From Nitrospirota bacterium (lineage in GTDB: Bacteria > Nitrospirota > UBA9217): a stretch of DNA of 64,000 bases. A model generated the notes under the pieces. The model saw only the letters and a list, made by a program, of their open reading frames with translations, was not told the origin of the DNA and searched no databases. This document shows, in pieces, positions 9,938-20,526 of the stretch. How positions within the stretch are numbered: the first letter of the stretch is position 1; each line of letters opens with the position of its first letter. Location of the stretch: assembly GCA_963740085.1 (NCBI GenBank), contig CAVUCU010000003.1, positions 32,001 through 96,000 of the forward strand, in the 5' to 3' direction. Both the position numbers and the translations under genes were made by a program.

Positions 9938-11323
9938 TTGCCGACAAAAGGCCACTCAAAGAGACCTGCCGCGGGTCACCTGGAAAAACTGGATAAAAAA
10001 TACGTCTGGCATCCTTTTACTCAGATGAAGGACTGGGAAAAGGATACGCCGGTCATCATCGAAAGCGGCAAAGGAGCGATCCTCACCGATATCCGCGGCA
10101 AAAAATACATTGACGGGGTGTCATCGCTCTGGGTGACGGTCCACGGACATCGCAAGAAAGAGATAGACCGGGCGGTGGCAATGCAACTCAAGAAGATCTC
10201 CCACTCCACCCTGCTCGGACTCTCGAACGTCCCGTCAATCCTGCTCGCGGAAAAGCTCGTCGCAATAGCGCCGGCCGGACTCTCGAAGGTCTTCTATTCC
10301 GACAACGGCTCCACCAGTGTGGAGATCGCGCTCAAGATCGCCTTTCAGTACTGGCACCAGAGAGGGCCGGAATACCAGCGAAAGACCGGTTTTATCTCTC
10401 TCTCCGGGGCGTATCACGGCGACACGGTCGGTTCCGTGAGCGTTGGGGGCATCGACCTCTTTCACTCCCTCTATAAACCGCTCCTGTTTCATGCCCGCAA
10501 GATCGATTCACCGCACTGTTACCGCTGCGCGTACGGCTTGACTTATCCGGAGTGCCAGAAGACCTGCTTCATGCATGCCGAGAGAACGATCCAGAAATAC
10601 GCCTCCGTGACCGCGGCCCTTATCATCGAACCCCTTGTCCAGGGGGCCGCCGGCATGCTCATCCAGCCGCCGGGATTCGTGAAGCGGATCCGGGAACTTT
10701 GCACGAAGAACAACATTCTGATGATCGCGGACGAAGTGGCAACCGGCTTTGGAAGGACCGGAAAGATGTTCGCCTGCGATCACGAACAGGTTTCTCCGGA
10801 CATTCTGTGCACGGCAAAGGGGATCTCCGGCGGGTACCTTCCCCTCGCGGCCACGCTCACCACCGAGGAGATCTACCGCGGTTTCCTCGGCGAATACGAG
10901 GAGTTCAGGACCTTCTTCCATGGCCACACCTACACCGGGAATCCACTCGCCTGCGCCGCATCCATCGCAAACATCGATCTGTTCAAAAAAGAAAAGACGC
11001 TGGCGAAGCTCCAGCCGAAGATAGCGTACCTGAAAAAGGAATTGGCTCTTTTTTCGGAACTCAGGCACGTCGGCAATATCAGGCAAAAAGGCTTCATGGT
11101 CGGGATTGAACTGGTGAAGGACAGGGCAACGAAAATGCCCTATCCGACCGTGGACAAGATCGGCGCCAGAACAGTACTGGAATGCCGCAAACGCGGGCTT
11201 ATAATCCGTCCCCTCGGGGATGTGATCGTGATCATGCCGCCGCTCTCGATATCGTTGCAGGAACTCAAAAAGATGGTGCAGATCGTATTTACTTCGCTCA
11301 AGCTGGTAACGGAACCGGGCTGA
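9938..11323 (+). CDS. bioA: adenosylmethionine-8-amino-7-oxononanoate aminotransferase
   Basis: VWHPFTQM, DGVSSLWV..HGH, YHGDT, IADEVATGFGRTG, AKGISGGYLPL, FFHGHTYTGNP. Confidence 0.93.
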   Translation: MPTKGHSKRPAAGHLEKLDKKYVWHPFTQMKDWEKDTPVIIESGKGAILTDIRGKKYIDGVSSLWVTVHGHRKKEIDRAVAMQLKKISHSTLLGLSNVPSILLAEKLVAIAPAGLSKVFYSDNGSTSVEIALKIAFQYWHQRGPEYQRKTGFISLSGAYHGDTVGSVSVGGIDLFHSLYKPLLFHARKIDSPHCYRCAYGLTYPECQKTCFMHAERTIQKYASVTAALIIEPLVQGAAGMLIQPPGFVKRIRELCTKNNILMIADEVATGFGRTGKMFACDHEQVSPDILCTAKGISGGYLPLAATLTTEEIYRGFLGEYEEFRTFFHGHTYTGNPLACAASIANIDLFKKEKTLAKLQPKIAYLKKELALFSELRHVGNIRQKGFMVGIELVKDRATKMPYPTVDKIGARTVLECRKRGLIIRPLGDVIVIMPPLSISLQELKKMVQIVFTSLKLVTEPG

Positions 11324-11521
11324 TCGATATTGTCGTGGAAATCCTTTAGGTTGACCCGACCTGATCAGATTATAAGAAACGCTACTCTTGGAAATCCATA
11401 TATGATATCAGGCCGTCCTCTGTGTCTCCGTGCATCCAGGTAAGAAAAGCTTCAGCCTGTTTCCCCTTTTCCTCAGACTCACGCTGACTGTATCCACTTT
11501 ACCTTCACGTGTTTTGAACAT

Positions 11522-12745
11522 ATGGACAAAAAACAGATCCTGAGCTGGTGTCTCTTCGATTTCGCGAACTCGAGCTACTCGGCGGTGATCGCCGCGGTCA
11601 TCTTCCCGGTCTATTACGCCGGCGTGATCGTCGGGAACACCTCCGGTGAGGGCGACCTCTGGTGGGGACGCGCCATCTCCCTGAGCATGCTCTTAATAGC
11701 CCTTTCCTCTCCGTTCCTCGGCGGCATCGCCGACTACGCGGGTCTGCGGAAACGGCTCCTTGCGTTCTATACCGCGACATGCGTCGTTGCCCTGTCGGGG
11801 CTGACGCTCCTCACGCCGGGCGCGGTCGTCGCCGGGTTCATCCTGATCGTGTTCGCAAACATCGGCATGGAAGGCGGCCTGGTCTTCTACAATTCCTTCC
11901 TTCCGCGGATAGCGCCGGCGGAGTATCACGGCAGGGTCTCGAGCTGGGGTTTCAGCATCGGCTACGCGGGCTCCATCGCCTCGCTCCTGATCGCGCTGCC
12001 GCTCGTAAAATCCGGGCATTACGGAATGACGTGGATCGCAACCGCGGCCTTCTTCGCGCTCTTTTCCCTTCCGGCCTTTTTGTTCCTGCCGGGAGACGCC
12101 CGGGCTGACGTGAGGGCAATGCAGGCCGGGACCCGGGGCTTTGAGCAGGCCTGGAAAACCATCAAGGACCTCTGGAAACGCAGGGAACCGAGAAAATTTC
12201 TTATCGCTTATCTGTTGTATGAAGACGGGGTCAATACGGTCATCGTCTTTTCAAGCATCTTTGCGGCAACGACACTGCATTTCGGGACAGGAGAACTTAT
12301 CGGTCTCTACATCACCGTACAATTCACGGCACTCCTCGGCGCCTTCTTCCTGGCAAAGCCCACGGACACCTGGGGACCCAAAAAGGTCGTCATGCTCTCC
12401 CTCATCCTCTGGACCATCGTCGCCGTCACTGCTTATTTTGTGGAGACCAAACAACAGTTCTGGGCCGTCGCATGCACCGCTGGAATGGGGCTCGGGACCG
12501 TACAGGCCGGCACACGCGCCTTTTACACACAATTCGTGCCACAGGGCAGCGAGGCCGAGTATTTCGGCGTTTACTCCCTTGTGGGCAAATCCTCTGCAAT
12601 CTTCGGTCCGCTCGTCTTCGGCTTTGTTTCGTCTACCTTCGGAAGCCAGCGGCCCGCGATCCTCTCCATTGCACTTTTTTTTGTCACGGGGATGATCCTG
12701 CTCAGCATGGTCAAGGGCGGAGGACCGAACATCGGTAAAGAGTGA
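11522..12745 (+). CDS. MFS transporter (UMF1/Atg22-like)
   Basis: SWCLFDFANS, FYNSFLP, GRVSSWG, EYFGVYSLVGK; about 12 hydrophobic segments. Confidence 0.85.
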   Translation: MDKKQILSWCLFDFANSSYSAVIAAVIFPVYYAGVIVGNTSGEGDLWWGRAISLSMLLIALSSPFLGGIADYAGLRKRLLAFYTATCVVALSGLTLLTPGAVVAGFILIVFANIGMEGGLVFYNSFLPRIAPAEYHGRVSSWGFSIGYAGSIASLLIALPLVKSGHYGMTWIATAAFFALFSLPAFLFLPGDARADVRAMQAGTRGFEQAWKTIKDLWKRREPRKFLIAYLLYEDGVNTVIVFSSIFAATTLHFGTGELIGLYITVQFTALLGAFFLAKPTDTWGPKKVVMLSLILWTIVAVTAYFVETKQQFWAVACTAGMGLGTVQAGTRAFYTQFVPQGSEAEYFGVYSLVGKSSAIFGPLVFGFVSSTFGSQRPAILSIALFFVTGMILLSMVKGGGPNIGKE

Positions 12746-12814
12746 AGGTTGGATTAACAGCCCTGCCTCTGACCTGACCCTGACTCCTGGCTCCTGCCTT
12801 TCCAGTATTTCTTC

Positions 12815-12843
12815 TTGACAAAACCGGAGCTTCCCCTTATAAT
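12815..12843 (+). promoter_or_regulatory. consensus sigma70 promoter of the yceD-rpmF-plsX-fab operon
   Basis: TTGACA-17 nt-TATAAT, perfect consensus, ending 38 nt before the yceD ATG. Confidence 0.85.
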
Positions 12844-12881
12844 TCGATGCTTACAGCGCTTGCAGCCTCCAGAGAAACAAA

Positions 12882-13397
12882 ATGGCCATGAAGATCAACG
12901 ATATACCGCCAGAGGGGCTTACACTGGATCTGAAACAGCAGCTCGACCTATTCGACACGGGAACGGCATCAACGGCTTTTACGGCGATTCTCAGCATCAG
13001 ACCGACGGGCGCCGAAGTCCTCCATATAAAAGGCCGGGTTCAGGCTGACCCGGAACTCGAGTGCAGCCGTTGTCTGAAGGTTTTTCCGTATCATATCGAT
13101 ACGGAACTGGATATAACCCTTGCCCCGGAGAAGGTCCTTGGAACGGCCCCGGAGCATGAACTTGGCCGGTCAGAGCTCGACATGGAGTTCTATCAGGGCG
13201 AGGAGATAGATCCCGTCGAACTCGTAAAAGAGCAGTTGCTGATTTCCGTTCCCATGGTTCCGCTCCACCGTCCCGACTGCAAGGGCCTTTGCCCCGTCTG
13301 CGGAACGGACCTGAACGAAAGGGACTGTGGTTGCAAGAGAGACAGCCTTGGTGATTTCGGGGCATTTTCCGTTTTAAAGGATCTATTGAAAAAATGA
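12882..13397 (+). CDS. yceD: DUF177/YceD family protein
   Basis: ECSRCL, CKGLCPVCGTDLN; directly upstream of rpmF. Confidence 0.9.
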   Translation: MAMKINDIPPEGLTLDLKQQLDLFDTGTASTAFTAILSIRPTGAEVLHIKGRVQADPELECSRCLKVFPYHIDTELDITLAPEKVLGTAPEHELGRSELDMEFYQGEEIDPVELVKEQLLISVPMVPLHRPDCKGLCPVCGTDLNERDCGCKRDSLGDFGAFSVLKDLLKK

Positions 13398-13471
13398 CGT
13401 TTCGCACTGAGAAACGTCTCCCTGAGCGAAGCGAAGGGCCTAAAAAAAGAGGTTAAGGAGTTTACACGAAC

Positions 13472-13654
13472 ATGGCAAATCCAAAACACAAGACATCCAA
13501 GTCCCGCAGGGACAAGAGGCGCACTCACAAGCACCTCAAGGCCCCGAATCTCATGGCCTGTCCGCAATGCCAGGAAGTGAAGCAGCCCCATCACGCCTGC
13601 CTATCCTGCGGCACCTACAACGGCCGCGAGATCGCAACTGTTCAGCAGATATAA
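13472..13654 (+). CDS. rpmF: 50S ribosomal protein L32
   Basis: MANPKHKTSKSRRDKRR, CPQC...PHHAC..CG.Y.GR. Confidence 0.97.
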   Translation: MANPKHKTSKSRRDKRRTHKHLKAPNLMACPQCQEVKQPHHACLSCGTYNGREIATVQQI

Positions 13655-13734
13655 CCGGCGCTTGCTCAAAGGCAAAGGGATGATACTGTGTTTTCCGGTA
13701 TGACTCTTTGCCTTTTATATTGCGGAGAGCTTGA

Positions 13735-14748
13735 ATGAAGATCGCTGTTGATGCCATGGGAGGGGACAATGCGCCTCATGCCATCGTCGCCGGAGCCGTT
13801 CAGGCGGCGAAGGAATACGGTATCGGCATCATCGTGGTGGGCATTGAACAAGTTATTCAAGCGGAACTGAAAAAGCACCCCCTTTCACAATCACTGCCGA
13901 TAGAGATACGGAACGCCACCGAGGTGGTGGACATGCTCGACTCTCCGGTCACGGTATTCCGGAGAAAGAAAGACTCTTCGATCCGGGTGGCTAATGAGCT
14001 TGTCAAGAGCGGAGAAGCGGTGGCCGTTATCAGCGCCGGACATACCGGAGCGGCCATGGCCACGTCGCTCTTTGTCCTGGGAAACCTCGAGGGGATCGAG
14101 CGACCGGCTATCGCCACCTTTATGCCGACGATCAAGGGAACGTCCATCATCCTCGATATGGGCGCGAACGTGGACTGCAAACCCAATCACCTTCTTCAGT
14201 TCGCCGTTATGGGTGAGGTCTACGCAAAGTATCTGTTGAAGGTCCCCAGTCCCCGTGTGGGTCTCCTGTCCATCGGCGAAGAAGAGACAAAGGGGAACGA
14301 ACTGACCAAGGAGGCCTTCAAGCTCCTGACCGAGACCTCGCTCAATTTCATCGGCAATGTCGAGGGACGCGACGTCACGTCCGGCAACGCGGATGTCATC
14401 GTCTGCGACGGTTTTGTCGGAAACGTAGTGCTCAAAGTCTCCGAGTCCGTCGCCGAGGCCGTCGGTCTCTTTATTCGCGAGGGTGTCGGCAACAGTATGG
14501 TTCGCAAACTCGGGTATCTCTTGATGAGGCCGGCCTTCCAATATCTCAAACGGCGGACCGATTATGCTGAATACGGCGGCGCGCCGCTCGTCGGCATCAA
14601 TGGCATCAGCATCATCAGCCATGGTCGATCATCCGACCGGGCCATTAAGAATGCCATACGCGTGGCAGCAGAACTCGCGAAGAGCGAGGTCAATAAGCAC
14701 CTGCGCGCGGATATAGAAAAGAATATGGAGCTGACCAGAGCCAAATGA
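13735..14748 (+). CDS. plsX: phosphate acyltransferase PlsX
   Basis: IAVDAMGGD.AP, SAGHTGA, LD.GAN, FIGNVEGRD, DGFVGNVVLK, HGRSS. Confidence 0.96.
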   Translation: MKIAVDAMGGDNAPHAIVAGAVQAAKEYGIGIIVVGIEQVIQAELKKHPLSQSLPIEIRNATEVVDMLDSPVTVFRRKKDSSIRVANELVKSGEAVAVISAGHTGAAMATSLFVLGNLEGIERPAIATFMPTIKGTSIILDMGANVDCKPNHLLQFAVMGEVYAKYLLKVPSPRVGLLSIGEEETKGNELTKEAFKLLTETSLNFIGNVEGRDVTSGNADVIVCDGFVGNVVLKVSESVAEAVGLFIREGVGNSMVRKLGYLLMRPAFQYLKRRTDYAEYGGAPLVGINGISIISHGRSSDRAIKNAIRVAAELAKSEVNKHLRADIEKNMELTRAK

Positions 14749-15725
14749 TTCAAGCGCGCATAACAGGGACCGGGTCGTACGCACCGAAGAAGATCGCCAC
14801 CAATCACGACCTCGAGAAGCTTGTGGACACGAGTGACGCTTGGATTCTCGAACGCACCGGCATCAAGGAACGCAGGATCGCGGAAAAAGGCCAGACCACA
14901 TCCGATCTCGCGTACGAAGCAAGCCGGCGAGCACTCAAAGCCGCCGGACTCGGCGCTGATGATGTGGACCTGATATTGGTTGCGACCATGACGCCGGACA
15001 CGATCCTTCCGTGCACCGGATGCGTGCTTCAGGAGAAGCTCGGGGCCAGGAAAGCGGCGGCATTCGATATCTCCGCGGCCTGCTCAGGATTTATCTACGG
15101 AATGTCCATCGCCGACGCCTTTATCAAGTCCGGGGCCTATAAAACCATTCTCCTTGTAGGGGCGGAGATCCTTTCGCGGTTTACCGACTGGGAGGACCGC
15201 GCGACCTGCGTCCTGTTCGGTGACGGGGCCGGAGCAATCGTGATCCAGCGGCACACGGGCAAGCGCGGTATTCTTTCGAGTCACCTTCATTCGGACGGGA
15301 CCCTCGGGGATTTGATCAAGGTACCTGCCGGAGGCGCCTCGCACCCGTCATCGCACGAAACCATCCGCAAGCGAATGCACTTCATCAAAATGAAGGGCAA
15401 TGAAACGTTCAAGGCCGCGGTTCGGGCGCTGGAGGGAGTGGTTCAGGAGGCACTGGAGCACAATAAGATAAAACCCGAGGAGATCGACTTCCTCGTCCCG
15501 CACCAGGCCAATTTAAGGATCATTCAGGCCATGGCACAGCGCCTGAACATGCCGATGGAAAAGGTCGTGCTCACGCTTCCGAAATACGGGAATACCTCCG
15601 CGGCCTCCATCCCGATGGCGCTTGACGAGGCTGTCCGTGACGGCAGGATCAAGGAAAATCATCTTCTTTTGTTCGAAGCATTCGGCGGTGGACTCACCTG
15701 GGCATCTGCCCTGGTACGGTGGTAA
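14745..15725 (+). CDS. fabH: 3-oxoacyl-ACP synthase III
   Basis: AACSGF, LFGDGAGA, PHQAN.RI, GNTSAAS, FGGGLTW. Confidence 0.96.
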   Translation: MIQARITGTGSYAPKKIATNHDLEKLVDTSDAWILERTGIKERRIAEKGQTTSDLAYEASRRALKAAGLGADDVDLILVATMTPDTILPCTGCVLQEKLGARKAAAFDISAACSGFIYGMSIADAFIKSGAYKTILLVGAEILSRFTDWEDRATCVLFGDGAGAIVIQRHTGKRGILSSHLHSDGTLGDLIKVPAGGASHPSSHETIRKRMHFIKMKGNETFKAAVRALEGVVQEALEHNKIKPEEIDFLVPHQANLRIIQAMAQRLNMPMEKVVLTLPKYGNTSAASIPMALDEAVRDGRIKENHLLLFEAFGGGLTWASALVRW

Positions 15726-15731
15726 AGAATC

Positions 15732-15834
15732 ATTGGAAATTGCAAATTGGAGATTGGAAAGTGTTCGTTGACATGCTTTTCTCGTTCCGGGTTGCAATTT
15801 AAAATTTCCAATTCTCGATCTTAAATTTCCAATT
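15732..15834. repeat. AT-rich heptamer-built inverted repeat
   Basis: TTGGAAA/TTGCAAA/TTGGAGA arm and complementary TTTCCAA-type arm; same family as 6920-7001. Confidence 0.7.
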
Positions 15835-15853
15835 AATGTTTTTGGAGGATTCA

Positions 15854-17011
15854 ATGGATTACCTGCTGACAGAGGAACAAATCATGATACGCGATCTCGC
15901 ACGGCAGATCGCCGTGGAAAAGATCGTGCCCGTGCGCGCCGAGCTCGATGAGCATAACAAATTCCCCACTGATATCATGAAGGCCATGGCCCAGGCGGAC
16001 CTCTTCGGGATCTATATCCCCGAGGAATATGGCGGCCTTGGGAAAAAGAGCCTCGATCTCTACATCGCCATCGAAGAGATCTCCAAGGCATGTCTTGGCG
16101 TATCCACGTGCTATGCCGCCAATGCCCTTGGCTCCTATCCGATCCTCCTCTACGGCAGCGACGCGCAGAAGAAAAAATACCTTCCCAACATCGCATCGGG
16201 CAAGGATTTCGTGGCGTTCGGCCTTACCGAGGCAAACGCCGGCAGCGATGCCAGCGGCATCCAGACGACTGCAAAACTTGAAGGCAACGAATACGTGCTG
16301 AACGGCACCAAGCAGTGGATCACGAACGGCGGCGAGGCACGGGTATACACCGTCATCGCCATCACGGACAAGTCCAAGGGCGCCCGCGGCGCTTCTGCCT
16401 TCATCGTGGAAAAGGACACTCCGGGCTTCACCTTCGGCAAGAAAGAGAACAAGATGGGCATCCGGGCATCCTCCACCACCGAGCTCATTTTTAACAACTG
16501 CCGCATCCCCAGGGAAAACCTCATCGCCAGGGAAGGCCTGGGCTTCATCGTGGCCATGAAGACCCTCGACAGCTCGCGCGCAGGCGTGGGCGCCCAGGGT
16601 GTGGGCGTCGCGCAGGGCGCGATCGACGAATGCATCAAGTTCGCCAAGGGCAGGGTCCAGTTCGGCCAGCCCATCACCTCGTTCCAGGCGATCCAGCATA
16701 TGCTTGCGGACATGCAGACCCAGACCGAGGCGGCCCGCGCCCTTGTCTATTCCGCGGCCCGCATGATGGACAGCGGAGCAAAGGACTTCTCCCGGGCGTC
16801 AGCCATGGCGAAGCTCTTCGCTACCGACACGGCCATGAAAGTCACCATTGATGCGGTTCAGGTCATGGGCGGTTCGGGCTACATGAAGGAATACCCCGTT
16901 GAGAAGATGATGCGCGACGCAAAGATCCTCCAGATCTACGAGGGGACCAACCAGGTCCAGCGCAACGTCATTGCCCTCGATATGATCAGGGAAGCGACGA
17001 GACAGAAATAA
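15854..17011 (+). CDS. acyl-CoA dehydrogenase (butyryl-CoA dehydrogenase-like)
   Basis: FGLTEANAGSDA, LNGTKQWITNG, KMGIRAS, R.QFG.PI..FQAIQ, IYEGTNQ; GGAGG SD before ATG 15854. Confidence 0.93.
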   Translation: MDYLLTEEQIMIRDLARQIAVEKIVPVRAELDEHNKFPTDIMKAMAQADLFGIYIPEEYGGLGKKSLDLYIAIEEISKACLGVSTCYAANALGSYPILLYGSDAQKKKYLPNIASGKDFVAFGLTEANAGSDASGIQTTAKLEGNEYVLNGTKQWITNGGEARVYTVIAITDKSKGARGASAFIVEKDTPGFTFGKKENKMGIRASSTTELIFNNCRIPRENLIAREGLGFIVAMKTLDSSRAGVGAQGVGVAQGAIDECIKFAKGRVQFGQPITSFQAIQHMLADMQTQTEAARALVYSAARMMDSGAKDFSRASAMAKLFATDTAMKVTIDAVQVMGGSGYMKEYPVEKMMRDAKILQIYEGTNQVQRNVIALDMIREATRQK

Positions 17012-17040
17012 GCGGAGCACGAGGACAAAACACTCATTAA

Positions 17041-17095
17041 ACCACAAAGGCACGAAGGCACAAAGGACTGCACCATGCCTTCGTGCCTTTGTGGT
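17041..17095. repeat. perfect 20-bp inverted repeat
   Basis: ACCACAAAGGCACGAAGGCA ... TGCCTTCGTGCCTTTGTGGT between the ACAD gene and etfB. Confidence 0.85.
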
Positions 17096-17110
17096 AAAAG
17101 GATCGGATAC

Positions 17111-17896
17111 ATGCACATCATTGTCTTGATAAAACAGGTCCCCGACACATCGGAAGTCAAGATCAACCGGGAGACCAATACGCTCATTCGCGACGGGGTA
17201 CCGAGCATCATCAATCCCTTTGACATGTTTGCCATTGAAGAGGCTCTTCGCCTGCGCGAGCAGCACGGCGGCAAGGTTACCGCCGTGACCATGGGCCCGC
17301 CTCAGGCGGCAGACTCGCTCAAAGAGGCCGTTGCCATGGGTGTGGACGACGTCGTGTTGTTCTCGGACCGTGCCTTTGCGGGAGCCGATACCTGGGCGAC
17401 ATCCTATACACTCTCTCAGGGGATCAAGAAGATCGGCGCTTTCGACCTCATCATCGCGGGGAAGCAGGCTATCGACGGTGACACGGCCCAGGTCGGTCCC
17501 GAAACAGCGGAGATGCTCGGCATCCCCTTCATCGCCTATGTGCGAAAAATAGAAAAGGTGGAAAATTCTACGCTGGTGGCCGAGCGCATGATGGATGAAG
17601 GATACGATGTTGTCGAGACGTCGCTCCCTGCGCTCATCACGGTCGTGAAAGAGATCAACCAGCCGCGCCTGCCGTCGCTCAAGGGAAAGATGAAGGCCAA
17701 AGGTCTCAAGGTCGCTTCGTGGACCGCGGCGGACATCGGCGCGGACCAGGACCTGTGCGGGCTCAGGGGTTCCCCCACCAAGGTCGTCCGGATATTCCCG
17801 CCCGCGCCGCGTGGACAGCGGGAGATCCTTTCGGGCAGCATGGAAGAGCAGGTTACCACGGTGTTGAAGAAGCTGAAAGAACAGGCGTTGATATAA
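17111..17896 (+). CDS. etfB: electron transfer flavoprotein beta subunit
   Basis: IKQVPDT, INPFD..A.EEA, DRAFAGADTWATS, GKQAIDGDTAQVGP, GL.GSPT.V. Confidence 0.95.
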   Translation: MHIIVLIKQVPDTSEVKINRETNTLIRDGVPSIINPFDMFAIEEALRLREQHGGKVTAVTMGPPQAADSLKEAVAMGVDDVVLFSDRAFAGADTWATSYTLSQGIKKIGAFDLIIAGKQAIDGDTAQVGPETAEMLGIPFIAYVRKIEKVENSTLVAERMMDEGYDVVETSLPALITVVKEINQPRLPSLKGKMKAKGLKVASWTAADIGADQDLCGLRGSPTKVVRIFPPAPRGQREILSGSMEEQVTTVLKKLKEQALI

Positions 17897-18139
17897 ACAC
17901 AGGGGACAGGGGTCAGATCAAACTGGAAAAAACTTTTGACACGGATTTACACGGATAAAATTCGGACAACAGCGGAATTTTTCTCTTATGGAGTTTTTAT
18001 CCATCTGGTGAAAGCTCAAGAGAAGCATAATTCTTTTTCTTCCGTTTTTATCATATTTTAATCCGCCTCTTCAGTGTCTAAATGCTTGTTTCTCTCTCCT
18101 GACTACTGGCTTTTGACTCCCGATCGTAAGGAGCTTCAC

Positions 18140-19330
18140 ATGGCTGTAAAGGTCATATCTGATAAATGCACCGGATGCGAGACTTGCGTATCCACGTGCC
18201 CGTTCGGCGCTATTGAGATGCGCGACGGCAAGGCGTTCATTACCGAGGCCTGCACCATGTGCGGCGCCTGCGTCGAGGTCTGCGAATTCAAAGCCATCGA
18301 AAAGACGGAAGAGGTTGCCGGCCCGGCTGCCGACCTCTCGGCCTACAAGGGTGTTTGGGTCTTCGCTGAACAGCACAAAGGCAGTATTGCCGGCGTTGCC
18401 CTTGAACTCCTTGGAGAAGGCAGGAAGCTTGCTGATAAAAAGAATGCCAAGCTCGCTGCTGTTTTCCTCGGGCACGGCATCAAAGACACGGCACAGGAAC
18501 TCATTGCCTTCGGCGCAGACATTGTCTACGTAGCAGACGATCCAACGCTCAGGGATTTTAATGATGACTCCTATGCCGCGGTCCTGACATCCCTCGTGAA
18601 ACAGCACAAACCCGAGATACTCCTGGCGGGCGCAACAGCGATCGGCCGCTCCTTTTTCCCCAAGGTAGCCTCTTCACTCTATGCCGGCCTTACCGCCGAC
18701 TGTACCGTTCTCGATATCGACGCTGAGACCGGCCACCTTCACCAGACCCGTCCGGCGTTCGGCGGAAACATCATGGCCACGATCGTCACACCAAACCACC
18801 GTCCCCAAATGGCAACGGTAAGGCATAAGGTGATGAAACCCGCCCCGCGCGACGACGCACGGACCGGCGAGATCATCGACGTCACGTTGAACGGGTCCGA
18901 AACTCTTCGCACCAGGGTCATCAAGACCGTGGAAGAACTGGGCGAGACCGTCAATATTTGTGAAGCGGACATCATCGTAGCGGGCGGCCGGGGCCTGGGC
19001 AGCGCCAAGAACTTCCACCTGCTGGAGGAACTGGCAAAAGCGCTGGGCGGCGCGGTTGCGGCAACGAGGGGAGCTGTCGATGAAGGATGGATCCCCTACT
19101 CCCACCAGGTGGGCCAGACGGGAAAGACGGTCTGTCCAAAGCTGTACATCGCCTGCGGCATCTCAGGCGCTATCCAGCATATTGCAGGGATGCAGTCATC
19201 GGACGTCATTGTAGCGATCAACAAGGACCCCGATGCGCCTATCTTCAGCGTCGCGACCTATGGCATTGTCGGCGATGTGCATGAAGTGCTTCCGATCATG
19301 ATCAAGAAGATCAGGGAAATGCGGGGCTGA
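18140..19330 (+). CDS. etfA: electron transfer flavoprotein alpha subunit with N-terminal 2[4Fe-4S] ferredoxin domain
   Basis: [12 protein letters not shown] and [11 protein letters not shown]; [40 protein letters not shown]. Confidence 0.95.
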   Translation: MAVKVISDKCTGCETCVSTCPFGAIEMRDGKAFITEACTMCGACVEVCEFKAIEKTEEVAGPAADLSAYKGVWVFAEQHKGSIAGVALELLGEGRKLADKKNAKLAAVFLGHGIKDTAQELIAFGADIVYVADDPTLRDFNDDSYAAVLTSLVKQHKPEILLAGATAIGRSFFPKVASSLYAGLTADCTVLDIDAETGHLHQTRPAFGGNIMATIVTPNHRPQMATVRHKVMKPAPRDDARTGEIIDVTLNGSETLRTRVIKTVEELGETVNICEADIIVAGGRGLGSAKNFHLLEELAKALGGAVAATRGAVDEGWIPYSHQVGQTGKTVCPKLYIACGISGAIQHIAGMQSSDVIVAINKDPDAPIFSVATYGIVGDVHEVLPIMIKKIREMRG

Positions 19331-19345
19331 GGGCAAAAATCTTTT

Positions 19346-19447
19346 TCTCGCAGAGGCGCAGAGTTCACCGAGAATAACCTAGAAATAATCCGGGCTAAAA
19401 TCAAGTTGCTGATTTAACTCCGCGTCCCCTGCGTGCTCCGCGAGAGA
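19346..19447. repeat. CGCAGAG-type intergenic inverted repeat
   Basis: TCTCGCAGAGGCGCAGAG ... CTCCGCGTCCCCTGCGTGCTCCGCGAGAGA. Confidence 0.55.
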
Positions 19448-19491
19448 CGCTTTATGGTTTTGTCTTATAATTTTTTGAGGTTTATACTTTT

Positions 19492-20424
19492 ATGAAAATC
19501 GCCTTCATCTTTCCCGGCCAGGGCTCGCAGTACCTTGGAATGACAAAGGAGTTCAGTGAGACTTTTGCCGAATCAAAGGAAGTCTTCGAGGCCGCAAGCA
19601 CGGTGCTCGGCTACGATCTCCTCCAGCTCTGTCTGAACGGACCGGTCGAGAAGCTGAATCTTACCGAGTACACCCAGCCCGCACTATTGAGCGCGAGCAT
19701 CGCCATTCTGCAGCCGCTGGTGAGAAGAGGATTGCAGGCTTCTGCTGCAGCCGGCCACAGCCTCGGTGAGTACACCGCCATAACCGCGGCAGGCGGGTTC
19801 GAACTCAAGGACGCCGTCATGCTGGTGCAAAAGCGCGGTCGGTTCATGCAGGAGGCCGTACCGGAAGGAACCGGGCTCATGGCGGCGATCCTCGGCATGG
19901 ACCGGCAGGACGTAGAAAAAACTTGCCTTGAAGCGGCCAAAAATGGTATAGTTGCCCCTGCAAATTACAACTCTCCGGGTCAGATCGTTATCGCCGGCGA
20001 GAAAAAGGCAGTGGAAAAGGCCATGGAGCTTGCCAGGACGGCCGGGGCAAAAAAAGTGATCCCCCTCTCCGTGAGCGTGCCTTCACACTGTGCAATGATG
20101 AAGCAGGCCGGGGCCCGGCTTGCGCAGGAACTCGAACGGGTGACGATCCATGATCTGGACATCCCGATCGTGAATAACGCGGATGCGAAGTTTCTCCGGA
20201 ACGCTGCGGAGCTCGTACAGTCGCTCGTCAGACAGATCAGTTCCCCGCTCTACTGGGAAGATTCTATCAAGCGCATGGCCGCAGAGGGGTACGACACCTT
20301 CATCGAGATCGGTCCCGGCAAGGTGCTTTCCGGCCTCGTAAAACGCATTGCGAAGGATGTGAAGGTTCTGAACATCGAAGACCAGAAAAGCATGAGCGAC
20401 GCGCTCAACGCGCTGGGAATGTAA
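19492..20424 (+). CDS. fabD: malonyl-CoA-ACP transacylase
   Basis: FPGQGSQ, TQPAL, GHSLGEY, AN.NSPGQ.V, EIGPGKVL. Confidence 0.96.
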   Translation: MKIAFIFPGQGSQYLGMTKEFSETFAESKEVFEAASTVLGYDLLQLCLNGPVEKLNLTEYTQPALLSASIAILQPLVRRGLQASAAAGHSLGEYTAITAAGGFELKDAVMLVQKRGRFMQEAVPEGTGLMAAILGMDRQDVEKTCLEAAKNGIVAPANYNSPGQIVIAGEKKAVEKAMELARTAGAKKVIPLSVSVPSHCAMMKQAGARLAQELERVTIHDLDIPIVNNADAKFLRNAAELVQSLVRQISSPLYWEDSIKRMAAEGYDTFIEIGPGKVLSGLVKRIAKDVKVLNIEDQKSMSDALNALGM

Positions 20425-20526
20425 GAACAGGGTTCATAGGGTTCAAGGGTTCAAGGGTCATCAGAAACAAGGTTCACTGTTCATGTTCCAGTGTTCAGTT
20501 CAGTCAGGTTCGAAAGGAGCAGTCTG

